Positions 48,781 through 61,791 of a stretch of 64,000 bases of DNA are shown here, in pieces. Both the position numbers and the translations under genes were made by a program. Positions within the stretch are counted from its first letter, which is position 1, and every line of letters begins with the position of its first letter. The notes beneath the pieces were generated by a model. The model did not search any database. It saw nothing but the letters and a program-made list of their open reading frames with translations, and was not told where the DNA came from. Source of the DNA: Podospora anserina (taxonomy: Eukaryota); assembly GCA_017654855.1 (NCBI GenBank), contig CM030332.1, positions 4,960,001 to 5,024,000 of the forward strand, given 5' to 3'.

Positions 48781-50460
48781 TCAAGTAGACCCCCTCTTCC
48801 CACTCAAGAACCTCCCCCAGCTCATCACCTCCCCGCTCTTCTGCCTCCTCATCCACGGCTTCCCTAGCTTCTCGTGATGATGCAGAGACTCAACAGTACT
48901 CCCTACTGTCCCGGCCCTCCTCCTCCCCGTAGGGGCCGCTGCTTGAGGTGATGATGTTGATTCGGGCTCTGGAGTGCAAGTCAAAGGCGCACTCTCACTC
49001 GCACTCCTCCCCTTCCTGCTGTGTGGGACAAACCCCCTCATCAACCTCTTGGCAAAACTCCTCTTTTTCTTCCTTCTCCCGGAGTCGGCACCTGTTGGGT
49101 CGATGTCCGAGTCTGAATCCGAGTCATCCTCGTCAGAGTCGGAGTCGATTTCAAAGACAGAAATATTTGGTGGTGGAGGCGGAGCTTGTCCTAACAGATC
49201 GGTGGGTTTGGGAAGGGGGGGTAAAGGACGGGTGTGCAAGTCCGAGAAGAATTTCTGATTCGAGGCCGAGGTGCTGGGTGGGTGTAGCAGGCTTGGGGTG
49301 GGAGGAATGTCGTCCGTTGGAGATCGAGAATGTGACTTTACCAAGTCCGCCAAGGTGGGTGATGAGCGAGTGGAAAACTTGGACAGTGAGAGTTTGCGAA
49401 GGTTAGCAATAGAAGGACGTTTGCTGATAGACTGCCTCCAGTTAGGAGGATCAGGAAGAGACTTGTCCAGAGGAGATATCGGTGGTGATGCTTCAAAGGT
49501 GGATGGCGGTGCTGGCATTTGATAGAGCAATGGAATCGAGGCTGTTGAGCTGGCTGCTGTGGAAGCGTACTGTGCCAGAGTCGGGGTCGTTGCGTTCGAC
49601 GAGCCAGGCCGGCTGATCGGTGGCGAAATCTGAACATTGGATGAATGCATTCTGGTGTCGATGCTGGGCCGCCGGCTATCTGGTAGAGACGAACAAGGCG
49701 ATGCCGTATCCGAACCAGGCTGTCGTGGAAGAGACGAAACGCGCAACGGAGAAACCGGAGGTCGTCGTTGAGGTGCTGCAAGAGGGAAAAGTGAATAAGA
49801 CGGTCTCGATGACACAGATTTTGCGGTAGGAGGCCGTGGTTGTTCCACGCAGGGTTCAACAATGGGCCAAGGAAAAGCCTCGTTCTGGCTGTCGGAGCTA
49901 GATGCTCGGCCGCGCGTAGTTGGTCGATCTTCTTGAATCTTCACGGAGCACTGGGCATATCCTTGCCGCCTCGATCTGTCAGTGGGACTGATAGAACGGC
50001 AGTGCTCCGATCTATCCCGGCCGCGCCGTCCGAAATACCATAAGGGATCCCACAACCCGGGTCGAGTTCCTGGAATCCCATCCTGGTAGTCGTCGTCCGC
50101 CGAGACGACCGAGTCGTGATCTTCTATCATCCCTGGAACAGAACCATCAGATCCAAGGGAATCCCGACCTTCCAGAGGAGCATCGTGGGGGCAGATGTTG
50201 ACAGAATCTGTGCGGGGCCGAGAGTAGTTCGCTGTCATCTGGGGCTTTGGAGCAGTGTGTAAAAGAGCGGCAAGCTCGGTGGTGTCCGCATGACAGTCCA
50301 TCTTGGGCCGTCGTGCCACACGTGTGGAAAGTGATCTGAGGGTGTGCCGAGCAGAATTTGTAAGGGAGCGTGATGCTTTTAGAAACGGCTTGCGAAGGAG
50401 GCAAAACTTCGAGTTGGGGATAGCCTTGTAATCGAAGGAGTGGAGAAAGGGGCCAGCCAT
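48781..50460 (-). CDS. Hypothetical Ser/Pro-rich fungal protein (559 aa; start codon uncertain)
   Basis: Uninterrupted ORF of low complexity with RPSYSLFP, RPLPPLP and ISVFEIDSDSD motifs. No family recognised. Confidence 0.7.
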   Translation of the reverse strand: MAGPFLHSFDYKAIPNSKFCLLRKPFLKASRSLTNSARHTLRSLSTRVARRPKMDCHADTTELAALLHTAPKPQMTANYSRPRTDSVNICPHDAPLEGRDSLGSDGSVPGMIEDHDSVVSADDDYQDGIPGTRPGLWDPLWYFGRRGRDRSEHCRSISPTDRSRRQGYAQCSVKIQEDRPTTRGRASSSDSQNEAFPWPIVEPCVEQPRPPTAKSVSSRPSYSLFPLAAPQRRPPVSPLRVSSLPRQPGSDTASPCSSLPDSRRPSIDTRMHSSNVQISPPISRPGSSNATTPTLAQYASTAASSTASIPLLYQMPAPPSTFEASPPISPLDKSLPDPPNWRQSISKRPSIANLRKLSLSKFSTRSSPTLADLVKSHSRSPTDDIPPTPSLLHPPSTSASNQKFFSDLHTRPLPPLPKPTDLLGQAPPPPPNISVFEIDSDSDEDDSDSDSDIDPTGADSGRRKKKRSFAKRLMRGFVPHSRKGRSASESAPLTCTPEPESTSSPQAAAPTGRRRAGTVGSTVESLHHHEKLGKPWMRRQKSGEVMSWGRFLSGKRGST

Positions 50461-52577
50461 ATATGGCAGGAATGAGCCAGAGATTCGGACTCAGCCTTGG
50501 TGAGCGCAGCCTCTGGGACGCCACACTCCCTGGAAAGAGCCCTAACATAAACAAAAGTGAGGGAGGAAAAGAGGGTGTGGTGACAAGGAATGAAGGGGTG
50601 AGGTCAACACAGCAATGCGGAGGTAAGGTATGATATAGGGGATATGGACCCTTACTGCTTGGGCCCGAGCGGAATGCAACAGGCTCGCGTCCTCCGCTTA
50701 GACGGCTGCCATCAGATGACGTATCGGGCTCCGGAGAGAGAGACAGGAGGAAAAAGGAAAGCAAGCAACGGCCCGCCAGGAAACACCACAAAACTTTGTG
50801 ATGAAAGTTGCCGGGCCGAGGCTGATACACCGAGAAGATGGTTTCTTCTCGTCCGATTTGTTCGTCAGGATGAAGCCCTCACAAACGGATGGCTGGAGAT
50901 ATCACCTGTCCGGGTGATGTTTGTGTATGTGGACATGTCTTGTCCCAGCTCGACTCCATCAAACCACCAACGGAGAACTGTCTCGACGTATCCAGCAATT
51001 CCTGCCCCCGCTTCTACAGAGTCAACATAAGAGACTGTAAAAACTTGGAAAGGCAGAGTGCCAATGCCAGTGTCACGACTGGCCGAAGGACCGAGACATG
51101 GTGGCCAACCCGCGCATTGCCTCACTACGAAGCGGGTCGGATATGTGATCAGTCATTGCGCAAGCAGAGCCTAGCCCAGCTGCCGTTGCCGTTGACATGC
51201 CGCAAAAGGTAAATGCGCCTCGACTTCGAGACAGCTGTCGCCAATCGAAGCAGCATCGATAGGCCGCAGGCAAGTTTGGGACTGCCGTGGCCGTGGGCGG
51301 ATGCCATCTTCGCGGAGGGATGGGGCCATGGTCCGTTTGCTGTTTGAGCGTGAACAACTCCTCTGTCAGAAATCATGAAAATGGTAACTGCGGGGACGGA
51401 AGACAGTGAGAAAAGGGAGACGGTCAGAAGCAAAGAAGAACTGACAACTTTTGCTTCCACTTGGTCCATCTTGTTGAGGGAGGCTGTCGTCGCCCGTTTG
51501 GAAAGGGAGCAACCTGAAGTTGGAAGAAGCAATCATCCCCAGTTTGGACTCCACCTTTTCGCTTTCAGCGTCCAATCATTCCTTTTTTGCAGCTGCAACT
51601 TATATGTAAGCCTTGTGGGGTTTGCTTTCTTGGCTCGGGGTCGACTGCCGGGTAGCGGGTCCTATGCGCATCCACATCAACGTTGCCTTGGTCTAGGCGT
51701 CCAACCTCATTCATGGGAGACGATCCATCACCGCATTCGACTGTCTGTGATAGTGGTGCGTTTGGAATCAAACAGGAAAAGAGTTTTTCCCCCTCCCGTA
51801 ACCATGCTCTTCCGACACGCTTGCGTCTCATGAAAACCTCCGATTTCGTTTCAACAAAAGCAAACCAGAGACATGCAGCTCTAGTCTCTAGCCAACGGCG
51901 ACAACGCATTGTTGTGGACAAAATAATAGAAGCCGCTAGTTGAGAAACGGGTGCTGAAATATACTTATCATTGCCTTAAAGATAGGTAATGGGACTTGAC
52001 TCAGTGTAAATAAACCCCCAAGATAATTCGCGAGGTTTTCCAATGCGATTAGTCGGCATATTCGGCTTCTATGAAGTCTTGATTCTGTACCACAACCTTT
52101 ATCATTCTGTCCACAATGTGACCGCCCACAAGGGGCGCAGCAAGCAAAAAGCAAAAATTGTCAAAAAACCTACGCGATCTCCAGTCGTGACATTGGAAAA
52201 GGGTGCATGTTGCATGCGTAAATCCCCAGATATGGCAACATAAATGCAGGGCTGACACCTTGATGCAGGGAGAAAGACCCCAAGATCGCAAAGGGGGAAA
52301 AAAAAAGGAAAAATGACCCAAGAGGAAGGAAAATGTGGCCAGCATGATGTGGCCTGCCCCGTCTGTGGCAAGTGTGTCTGAAAATCCCATCCCAAAATCC
52401 AAAAAATGCCATGCTAGAACCCTGAGCTGATCTGTGATACAATCCAGATCTTCCAACGCCAACATCCCATTTGCCCAAACCTAACCGTCATCAAACGCCA
52501 TGGCTGTCCGCCCATGAAGCCTCCCAGTTTCACCCTCATTTCAGAGGATATTGTGTTATGTGTAATCGGTGCGCCCC

Positions 52578-54042
52578 TCATCTGCTCGGTTCTGTCTTTT
52601 GAATGATCAGGAAATCCTCGTCGTCCTGCTCGGCAAGCGGTTCAGCGCTTGTGTTTGTCCATCGGATAATGCCGTGATAGTCGTCCTCCTCATCTCGTTC
52701 CACCACTGCCGCATTCTGTCTCTGCCAGTCCGCGAGTCCCCTGTGTCTTGTGTTTCCTTCCCGGTCCCCCGGGACGGTAGGTGGAGAAGCAGATCCCCTG
52801 ATGTAGCTGGGCGTGTGCGGCCGTCGTGGAAGCCACAATGTTTTCGCACGGAGAGCAGGCGATGTTATTTGCTGGCCCACGCTGGCACGGACCTGAACCT
52901 CAATGTCCGGATAGAGATAGGGCCGATTGATCCCCATCGACTCGAACACATCCGGGAACCACACACGCGCGAGCGGCCACAGCGCTGGTATTGTTGCTGT
53001 AACAATTGCCAGGTTCACCTCGATGGTATTGGTCGTGTAGCCAATCGTGTAATGGCCATCGGCCGGTCTAAGATACCAGACGCGAATGACAGAGTAGAGA
53101 CGCACGATGCTGATGCATGTGACACTGCAAACTGACATTAGCATCATTTCAAATGTCTGGGAGAGCGGTTTCTATCTTACGCGGCTCCCAAAGCAAAGAC
53201 GGTGAGGAGTGCCGCACGTATCCTCCATCCGAGCCTCAGGTCCTTGAAGGCAACGAACGGAACCAGGAGCGTCAAGATATCGGTGACGATGTTTGTTGAG
53301 GCTAGCGCTACTGCAAATAGGCCCGAGTTGAAGCACTTTCCTGACCCAGTCGGCTTCGTCCACACATATTCCACAGGGGTGCAGTTGAAGATCGTCGCTG
53401 GGAGGAAGGCGCACACCTGTAGGATGTTGAACAGGATCAGAGCTCGACATGAGATGTGCACGAAGTGTTTGGTCCCGCCCAGCCTGAGGAGAAACAGCAA
53501 CGCGGATATCTTGACCAAAGCAAGCAGAGGGCTGTAAAAAACGCGGTTGAGATAAGCAAAGAACAGACCCTGATTGGCAGGATGAGGGGGGATGTCGATG
53601 TCGTGAATGCCCCAATAGCCGGCTCGCATGTCTGGGTTCATCTATCAGGTGCCTGCCCGGACATTTCAAAAGACATGGCGGACTTACAGAGGGCTGCAAA
53701 AACACCCTGCGGAATTGCGAAGCCCTGCGTGAAATGCTTAGCATAGAGCTTTAACATAGACGCGGTAAATGTTATCGCTCACGGTGGCAACAAATATCAA
53801 ATAGTCGTCTGCAAACACAATTAGTCGTGGACTGGCCATTTCAAGATGAGTGAACACTCACCAAGTCCCAAACCCTGACAGAGACGCCGACTCCATACTC
53901 GTAAAACACACGCCGTGATCGAAAGAAGCGGGAAGAATCCTAGGAGGAAGAGACCAAGAGTTTGTAGTCCGCTATAGGGGTAGGGGCCCACTGGGCTGAC
54001 GGAATAACTCGTTGCTATTGTTGACTCGTTGGACTGTGACAT
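52578..54042 (-). CDS. PTH11-like integral membrane protein (fungal rhodopsin-domain GPCR-like) without a CFEM domain; four introns
   Basis: LRVWSRR..GLGL|DDYLIFVAT, GYWGIH, LVKISALLFLLRL, FNCTPV..W, NIVTDILTLLVP and IEVNLAIVTATIPALWPL, joined by GTGAGT, GTGAGC, GTAAGT and GTAAGA introns. Confidence 0.88.
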
Positions 54043-57000
54043 ACCTATCGAGTCGGTTATTCAGTCTTTACCAAGACGAGGGTTGGCGAAAGTGCCAGAG
54101 GGCAAATCGAAAGCATCACATCAATAGAAGTCGCGTGTGAGATATCTGGTTGCTTGTATTGTTAGAAAAATGCGGTGACCTGAAGAAGTACGAGCAGGCA
54201 GAACCCATTGAAGGCCAGATGCTGGTCTCCCATGCCGTTTGCATTGCTCAAGGGGACGGTGAGAATGGCTTGCTTGATCACCCCAACCCAAGGGGTGCCA
54301 ATGCTATGGTGCTGGGTATAAGTGGTAGAAAACGCCACACTGGCGCAGTCACACCACACCGGAAAACACTCGATGAAACAGGACAAATTGATGAAGTCAG
54401 GTAGATGTCCGGCTCCAAGGAGAGACCTGCACTGTACCTGGTTCCTTGAGTTAACCAACTTTGGCACTCGTATTCCCATCATGTTACCCTCTCCAACATG
54501 AGTATCGAACTTGTGGTCAGGTATCCAAGGAGATTGTTTGTGTTAGGAGTAAGACCTTCGAGTTCGCCGACCATATCCCAATGGCTGCATGACATACCCG
54601 TGACCCAATCCTTCCCGGTAAAGCGTGTGATCCTTCGAGGACGGACAGACCCCTTTGCGGAAGTGAGAACCATGGAATTTGAACCTGCTTGGGCGAAAGC
54701 ATTTCTCCGATCCTTGTGATGGTCTCGCCCTCTGCGGCTAGTGCCGAGAAAGTGAAGTTGTCTTAGACACCTCTTCAGCAACAACTTTCGGCAGCACTTT
54801 CATCCGTTTGGGCTTGCATTGAATGGCGCGGCAATATGAACCCTTCTTGCCAGATACCTAAGGTATACTTGCTCGAGAGGTAAAATCGGATCAGGGCTGT
54901 CGACGATAGAAGAAAATGTGATAACTAAGTGATAAAACCCCGAACACGATAGATTGTTGAAAATGTTGAAAAGAGAAGGCTTTTCAGTCAGACTTGTATC
55001 TCACAAGGCAACATTTTTCTGAGCCCGCGGTCCATTACATCGTGCTTCCCGGAGCCGGAGTGCATGAGCTGTGCTGTTAGGGTCAGTTCGACTGTGGCTG
55101 TTCATGGGAACTTGACAATCCGGAGAACACGGTGGAAAGGTTTCGAGGCACTCTCGTCACAGGGAGGTATCATGTCGCGCACCGACTCTACCATAATGAG
55201 TGAAAGTAAACTTGCAAGTGAGATACCTGTAGCCGATGTTAGAAATGATTCGCAAACATAGAGTGATTTGCTTGGAAAGATGATAACCTAGACTTGCCCT
55301 TTTCAATAACATGGTACAAGTATTTTTGGTGTCTAATCAAGGAGACATGTGTAGCTTGTTGCGAATAGCTTCAGTGTTGACCAAATCGAGATGTTTGTCA
55401 TCAACGGTCAGGCTCCATCATCGAAGTTTAGGCATTCGATTTCATCTGAAACCGTGACATGCCGGGGGTTTTCAACATGTCACTGACGATCATCGCCCGA
55501 AAGCCGGTGTTTCGGACACCACACTACAAAGTAGTTGCTCTAAATCTCAGTCCCGGTGAGATCCAACGGCCGCGGAGGGGTTTATTGCACTACCGCGTAC
55601 AGCGTTTACTAAAAAGACCGTTGCAGTTGGGGGGAATTTTACACAAGAGCAACTCATCGCGTGAGCTTATTTTTCTCAAAAGTCGTCGACAGAGCCGAAT
55701 TGGCGGCCCCACCATCACCCCTTTCATCTGCCATCTCCCGGGGCCGAGCCGTCCTTCCGGGCCTCCACACAGCGGGATGCCCCGGTGGCCAGCTCTCGGC
55801 AATAAAAGGGGAAATCGGCGGTCAGCGTATTCTTGTTGGATTGAGCAAACTTTCCATGATGGAAACAAACGAGATGGGGCGCTTCATAAGCATAGAAGGG
55901 GCATCGAAATCTTGGTCTTCGATGAAGTTCAGACCAGAGGACCCTATGATGCACAGAAATAGCTTCGAGAACAACCAGATGGAGCAGATCGATGGATCGC
56001 GACACAAGCAATGCCTGACTTTGAGATGTGCGGTCCAAGGCCAGGCCAGGGTTGGGATGGAAGATGGTGTGGGCACACCTGCTGCTCAGTACCGCCCTAT
56101 TGGGATCGTTGGGGTTCTGATTCTGGCCTCTGATTGGACAGGAGATCTCTGATGTGTCGTCACCCACACTTTATGTACTGCCAGCTCAGAGCCCCTCTTC
56201 CTTTTCTGTGAGCTTGTGCCTTTTCCAAGCTTCCATCTCAAGCCTCAGTGGCCCAGCCTCCCGACTTTCTGATCCAAGTTGGGCGCTCACCAGCCCCTTC
56301 CACTTTGTTCATTTTGTGCATTGTGCTTATTGTCTCGTTGTTTGTCTGGCGCTCTGCTCGTCTGTTCGTCTGCTCGTCCGCGCAAACAGAGCAAATCAGG
56401 GCACGGGGACAGGCAGCAAGCTTGATGGCCGGAACTGATGACGGAGCTCTGTCCGTTCGTATATCTCTGCCAGGCATTAATGTTCCAAGCTCGATGTTGC
56501 ACAGCCGCATGCTGCACCTCGAAGATATTCTTCAGCTTCTTCTTCGTACTACTGGCCTGTCTGTAATTAGCAACTGGTATCCTGAAATCAAAAGTCCATC
56601 CGCCCGACCGACCCGTCGACTGTCTCTATGCTTGTTGGGTCCGAAGCTGCATTGCATGGAGGCACAAGGCAGGCTGACAGCTTCGGTCTGATGAGATGGA
56701 TGGATGTATAAGGCCGAGGAAGCCCAATTCATCTGGTCTTCCTCTCCTTTCAGGCCCCCTTTATCACCAACCCACCACGGCCCTGTCTTTCAAGCTTCTT
56801 TTGCTGGAGATCTCGTGGATATCCATCTCCGTTGAAACCAAACAAGCGAGAGCTGCTATGAGTCCGTGCACCCGCTAAGGCTCAGCTCTGGGCGAAACAG
56901 CGATCTCCCAATCACCGTAGCGGAGGGTGGCCCTGGCGTTGTTCCCGTCTGCTTCTACCCCCGAAATCGCGGACCTCGGGGCCGTCTTTTTTTTTGATTC

Positions 57001-57906
57001 CCATCTTCACCACTTCGTTCCAACTCGACAGTGGATTGAACGTCCGTTGCCAGCCATTGGCTCTCGTCCTCGCTATGTGCTTCTGACCAGTTACACTCCT
57101 TGCATATTCCCTCGTTTGAACAGCGGGACCAGACCCCTTACAGTCGTTAATCAGGCGGCAGTGACACATTTGGTGAGTGAGGTCGAAAGTGAGGTACCGC
57201 GAGGCGATCTCTCTCGGGTCGAGTGTGGGTTGGGTGTTTGGGTTTTGCGGGAGGGTCGCGATACGACACCATTGTCGTCACCGGTCGAGCTGTGCTGTGC
57301 TAATAACTAATTTGTCTAATCGTTGGCAGCATCATCTTCCGCGCACACACACACGCACACATTCCGAACGTTTTTTTGTCGCTGGACCCGACAAGTAATT
57401 GGCGCCAGATGCTCTGGGACAACGCGCCTAATCTTTATTCTCTGTTTTGGCGCTGCTGACTGCGCGCCGCTTGGATTTTGAGGGGGCGCGCATATCCGTC
57501 CAACCACCAAACTCGTTCGGCAATTTTTGGCCTTCCAGCCACGCATTTTCCAAGGTATCCAAGTCTCCCGACCTCCAGCTTTTTCGCACCTCCACGCAGC
57601 CGCAGCTGTGTCCTTTGCTGCTCTGCTCTGTTGGATCCCCCGGATGGTCTAGGACCTCACGATCTTGCTTCCATTCTTACATTCCCTCCACACCATTGTT
57701 AATTTTGCGCTTTGCGGTCTCTCAGAGCCAAGATTCCCGGCTTTCCGGAATTCCTACGGTGAGTGAAGGCCAGCTGGAAGCTCCGCAACAGCTCACACAC
57801 CAACCCCACCATCATTGCATGAATCCTTGATCAGGAACAGCCTCTGATCTGGCAACCCAACAGCAGCTCCCAGCCCCGTCCCCAGACCCTTGCCACCGCC
57901 GTCACC

Positions 57907-60140
57907 ACGCTGAGTGGTGACAGTCCCGCTTTCGCCTTGTCGACCACACCAGCCCCCGCTGGTGCTTTGGGAGACCTTGCTGCTGGCAGTCAAGAAGGTT
58001 CCCTTCGCGACCCTAGCGATTTCCACCACCCAACCTCCCCGTCTTTTTTCCAGCGCCAGCAACAGCAGCAAACCTTCCAATCTCGCCCCGGCACTGTCAC
58101 GCCCCAGCAACGCGAAGACAGATCCCCCACACCGTCTTCACACAGGACTCTCCGTCGCACTCCGCGCTTCTCGGCTACTCCCAGTCCACGACCTTCCGAG
58201 ACCCAGCGCCGACCGCACTTTGAGGCAGCCGCCGGTGGAGCTGTCCCACCGCCGATATTCTCTCTTCCCGGTGCTCGCAACAGCTTTGGTCAACCCGAAC
58301 AGGTATTCAGTCCCCTTCGACGACAGCTCTCCCAGGATCTCAGTGACGACGACGAAGAGACCTCCACTGTCTTGCCGTATCTCTACGGTCACCAGCGCCT
58401 TTCTTCCTCTACCAAGGACAAGCCGCCTCACCCCCTCCTTAGCCTCTCCAAGCAGACCCAAAGCGCCATCCTTTGGACCCTTGAGGAAGCACTTCGCCAG
58501 CCCAATTCGTTTTCGCCTGACTTTGTCGAAGAAAACGCTTCGATGGCCGACCTTCTTGCTGGTAGTGGCCCTACCACCACCAATGGCAATGGTGGTGCGA
58601 CCACGCGACCAACAGCGCCTCCAGCCCAACCTGGATCCCCTCAGCAAGTAATTCGTGGCCCTAGGATGATCATGCGAGAGCGTGCCGAGCGCGAAGCGAG
58701 ACAGAGAGCCGAACGGGAGCAGATGGAGCGCGCTCGTGCTGAAGAAGAGGCTCGTTTGCTTGAAGAGTCTCGGCGACGTGCTGCTGAGCGCAGAGCTCCC
58801 GTTGCTGGCGCTGCTCCAGAGATCAGCCACACCCCCAGTGACCCAGCTTCTCAGCGACGACAACAGCGTGCCCAGGAAGCCAGTGGCCACACCCGGATGC
58901 CATCATCATCCTTGGCCCAGCAGCAACCCTCTGCTATCCCACCTCCACTGAGACCTAGAAATGCTCAGACCCCGCAGAACTTTAGCTCTACGCCCCAGCC
59001 GGGTGCCGGAGCAGCCCCATCGCAACCTGGCGCGGACCCGACATCACAAGCCATGGGCTCCACTCGGGTTAAGAATTCGTTTCCTCATGCTTTTGAGCGC
59101 TGGGAGGCCCTGTCTGCGCACTGGGAAGGTATGACCAGCTTTTGGTTGCGCAGGCTTCAGGAAAATACAGATGAGGCTGAGCGAAACCCAATATCGTCTC
59201 AGCTCTCTCGCCAAGTTGCAGACTTGTCGGCTGCAGGCGCCAATCTCTTCCATGCCGTTGTCGAACTGCAGAGACTGCGTGCCAGTTCTGAGAGGAAGTT
59301 TCAACGTTGGTTTTACGAAACTCGTTCTGCCGAAGAGCGTCATCAGGAAGTCAATGCTACCCTGCACGCTCAACTTGAGCAGGAGCAACAGCGACGAATT
59401 GAGGCTGCTGACAATGCGGCGAAATACGAAGCTGAGAACGCCAAGCTTCAGAAATTGGTTACCGAAATGCGACGCGAATTGCTTATCTCCAAGGAAGAAG
59501 CCCGCCGGGCGTGGGAGGAGCTTGGTCGTCGCGAACAGGAAGAGCGTGAGCGTGTCGCTGCTTTGCAGCAGGGCGCTCCAACCACTGTTGGGGGTGTGCC
59601 CGTTGTCGTGATGACTCAAAGTGTCCCGAGCCGTGAGCCAAGCCGTCACCAGCGTTCGCAAAGCCAGCAAACCGCCGACACTTCGGAATACATCGCTGCC
59701 CAAGGACCTCAATACCCCGACTATGCTCAATCCACGACTTCTCAACCTCGCGCTTCTTCGCCGGACAACCACCCAGGATATTTCGTTCCGACCAATGAAC
59801 CTCCTCGCCAAGCTCAGTATGCTGCCGAGTCCGAAGCTGGTTACGACGAAGGTACGTGTTCCTGTACCTGACACTGCCCAACTGATGTGAGCAATATGCT
59901 AACCGAGAAGCAGATGATTATGATGAAACCCCGACTTCTCAAGCTGAACAGACAAATTACCCACCGTCCAGTTCCCAGTGGGCAGGCACGTACACTGGAC
60001 AACCCGACTACTCAGGACAAAGTTTTGCGGCTCCCGGTTGGGAACAAATGCCTCGACACCACCATCCAACTCGGCTCAGTGACGTTCTAGAGGAAGACGA
60101 GCGCAGTCGGACATCGGCGAGCCAAGTCAGTCGAGCCTGA
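57907..60140 (+). CDS. Coiled-coil protein of unknown function; first ATG at 58543, frame open from 57823 (start shown is a candidate ACG); intron at 59852-59913
   Basis: FPHAFERWEALSAHWEGMTSFW, LFHAVVELQRLRASSERKFQRWF, ELLISKEEARRAWEELGRREQEER; spliced last exon ends HHHPTRLSDVLEEDERSRTSASQVSRA*. Confidence 0.85.
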
Positions 60141-61791
60141 CAATGACAGTAATGACTTCAACAACAAACCCTGCACAAATTATGTTCGGCATAAACGACC
60201 ATGACCCAACGTTTCATGAGACAGGACACATATTTCTGGCTTCGCTCGCATAGAACAGATTTCTCTTTCTGCGGTACTGTTTTGGGTGTTCAACGCATCG
60301 ACTGACGGTCTTGGTTTCTTCGGCATCAAGACGTGGGGGCTACTATTTTCACAAACTCGCATTAATCACAATTGTCCATCTCATCCCCATACGACTCTCG
60401 AAGCTTTCTCATAGATCTCGTATCTTGCGGCAAAGCTTTGAAGGTGGTACAATACTCACGACATATGTGTGCATACGACTTTGCGGTGTTTCCGGCATTC
60501 TGGCTTTTTTTTTCAAACTTCATTGGCGCGGCGTTTTGTTATCATGCGACCAAGACAGGCGTGGTGTTTTTCTCAGGGGAAAGCATTCCATTTTGATGCT
60601 TGTCCGGCGGTGCCTTGTTTGCTACCGTGGACAAGCGGGTTCGGAGTACAAACGGGTTGTTCAGTTCTCAAAACTGGGGGCGGGGGGCTGACTTCCATGA
60701 TGGGGAAAAGACAAGTTTTCCCATGACGGATTAGATGACAATGTCCATATACCGATGCGACGATGCATGTTTCCCGATATCCCTCGACAAAGGTTTCTGT
60801 GGTGCGGCGGCTTGCCCTCTGCTCGGTGCTGTGGGCGGGAAGGATGGTGGATAATTTTTGGTAATGGGGATGGACGAGATGTCACAAGAGCGTGGAGAGT
60901 TATTTTTTTCAGTTCACGGGAAGGTGGCAGAAAGTCAAAATGGGGGGCAGCGCCGGGTTTCGTCGGGGGGGGGCAAGACGAGACGCTTTATGGAGCGGAC
61001 ATGGAAACTATGGAGAGGGGCGGTATTTTTGTAGTTTTTATTTTTGGACAGGTGAAGGTTCAAAGGGGGAATGTCTGACGAGGTGGCGTTGGCTGGGCTA
61101 TGGTTTTCACGTTCCAGTGTCGTTTGATGGCTCACAGAGGTCAACATTGGTCACAAATTAGTAGCCCCGGAGGGTGTTGACCTTGTGTACGAGTTACTTT
61201 CGGTATTGGGGCGTTTTTCTCGGTGGTCCGCTGCCGACACCGGCAAGTCCCGGAGGGGGGTTTGTCCATGGTCTGTTTGGTGTTCCTAGTTGAATTCAAA
61301 ACCTGTCATCTGAACATCTGTGGAATCGTGCATTGCTTCATGTGTGCCTTTGTGACGTGAAATAGTGGGGATTGAGATGGTAAGACACCACCAAGATTTA
61401 GTGACATAAGCGGTGGGGGCGGCCCCTGTAGCTGCGTAGCATTCAGGTACTTGAACAGCTCTCGTTTGGCGGCTCGCGCCGAAACCTTTGACGTTGTCAT
61501 TGAACCAGCTGCTTGAGAACTCAATTTCTACCACGCGACACGCATACTGTCACAAGGGGTGCGGTCGTATAAGAGTACGGGCGGCTAGGCATAAGATCTC
61601 CCAAGACCCCGCGTGGAAAAGCCGTTGATCAGAGTAAAGATGGGGGCGTCGTCACTGAGGCTGCTCATACGGCCTGGTGTGTTGAGTTGCCGGTATATAT
61701 ACGCTCTTTTTTTTCCCCTTCATTTCCAACTCCCTGGGGTTTCTGTTCGGATTTTGAAAACGGGAACTCAATTCCTTCAAGCCTCTTCAAG

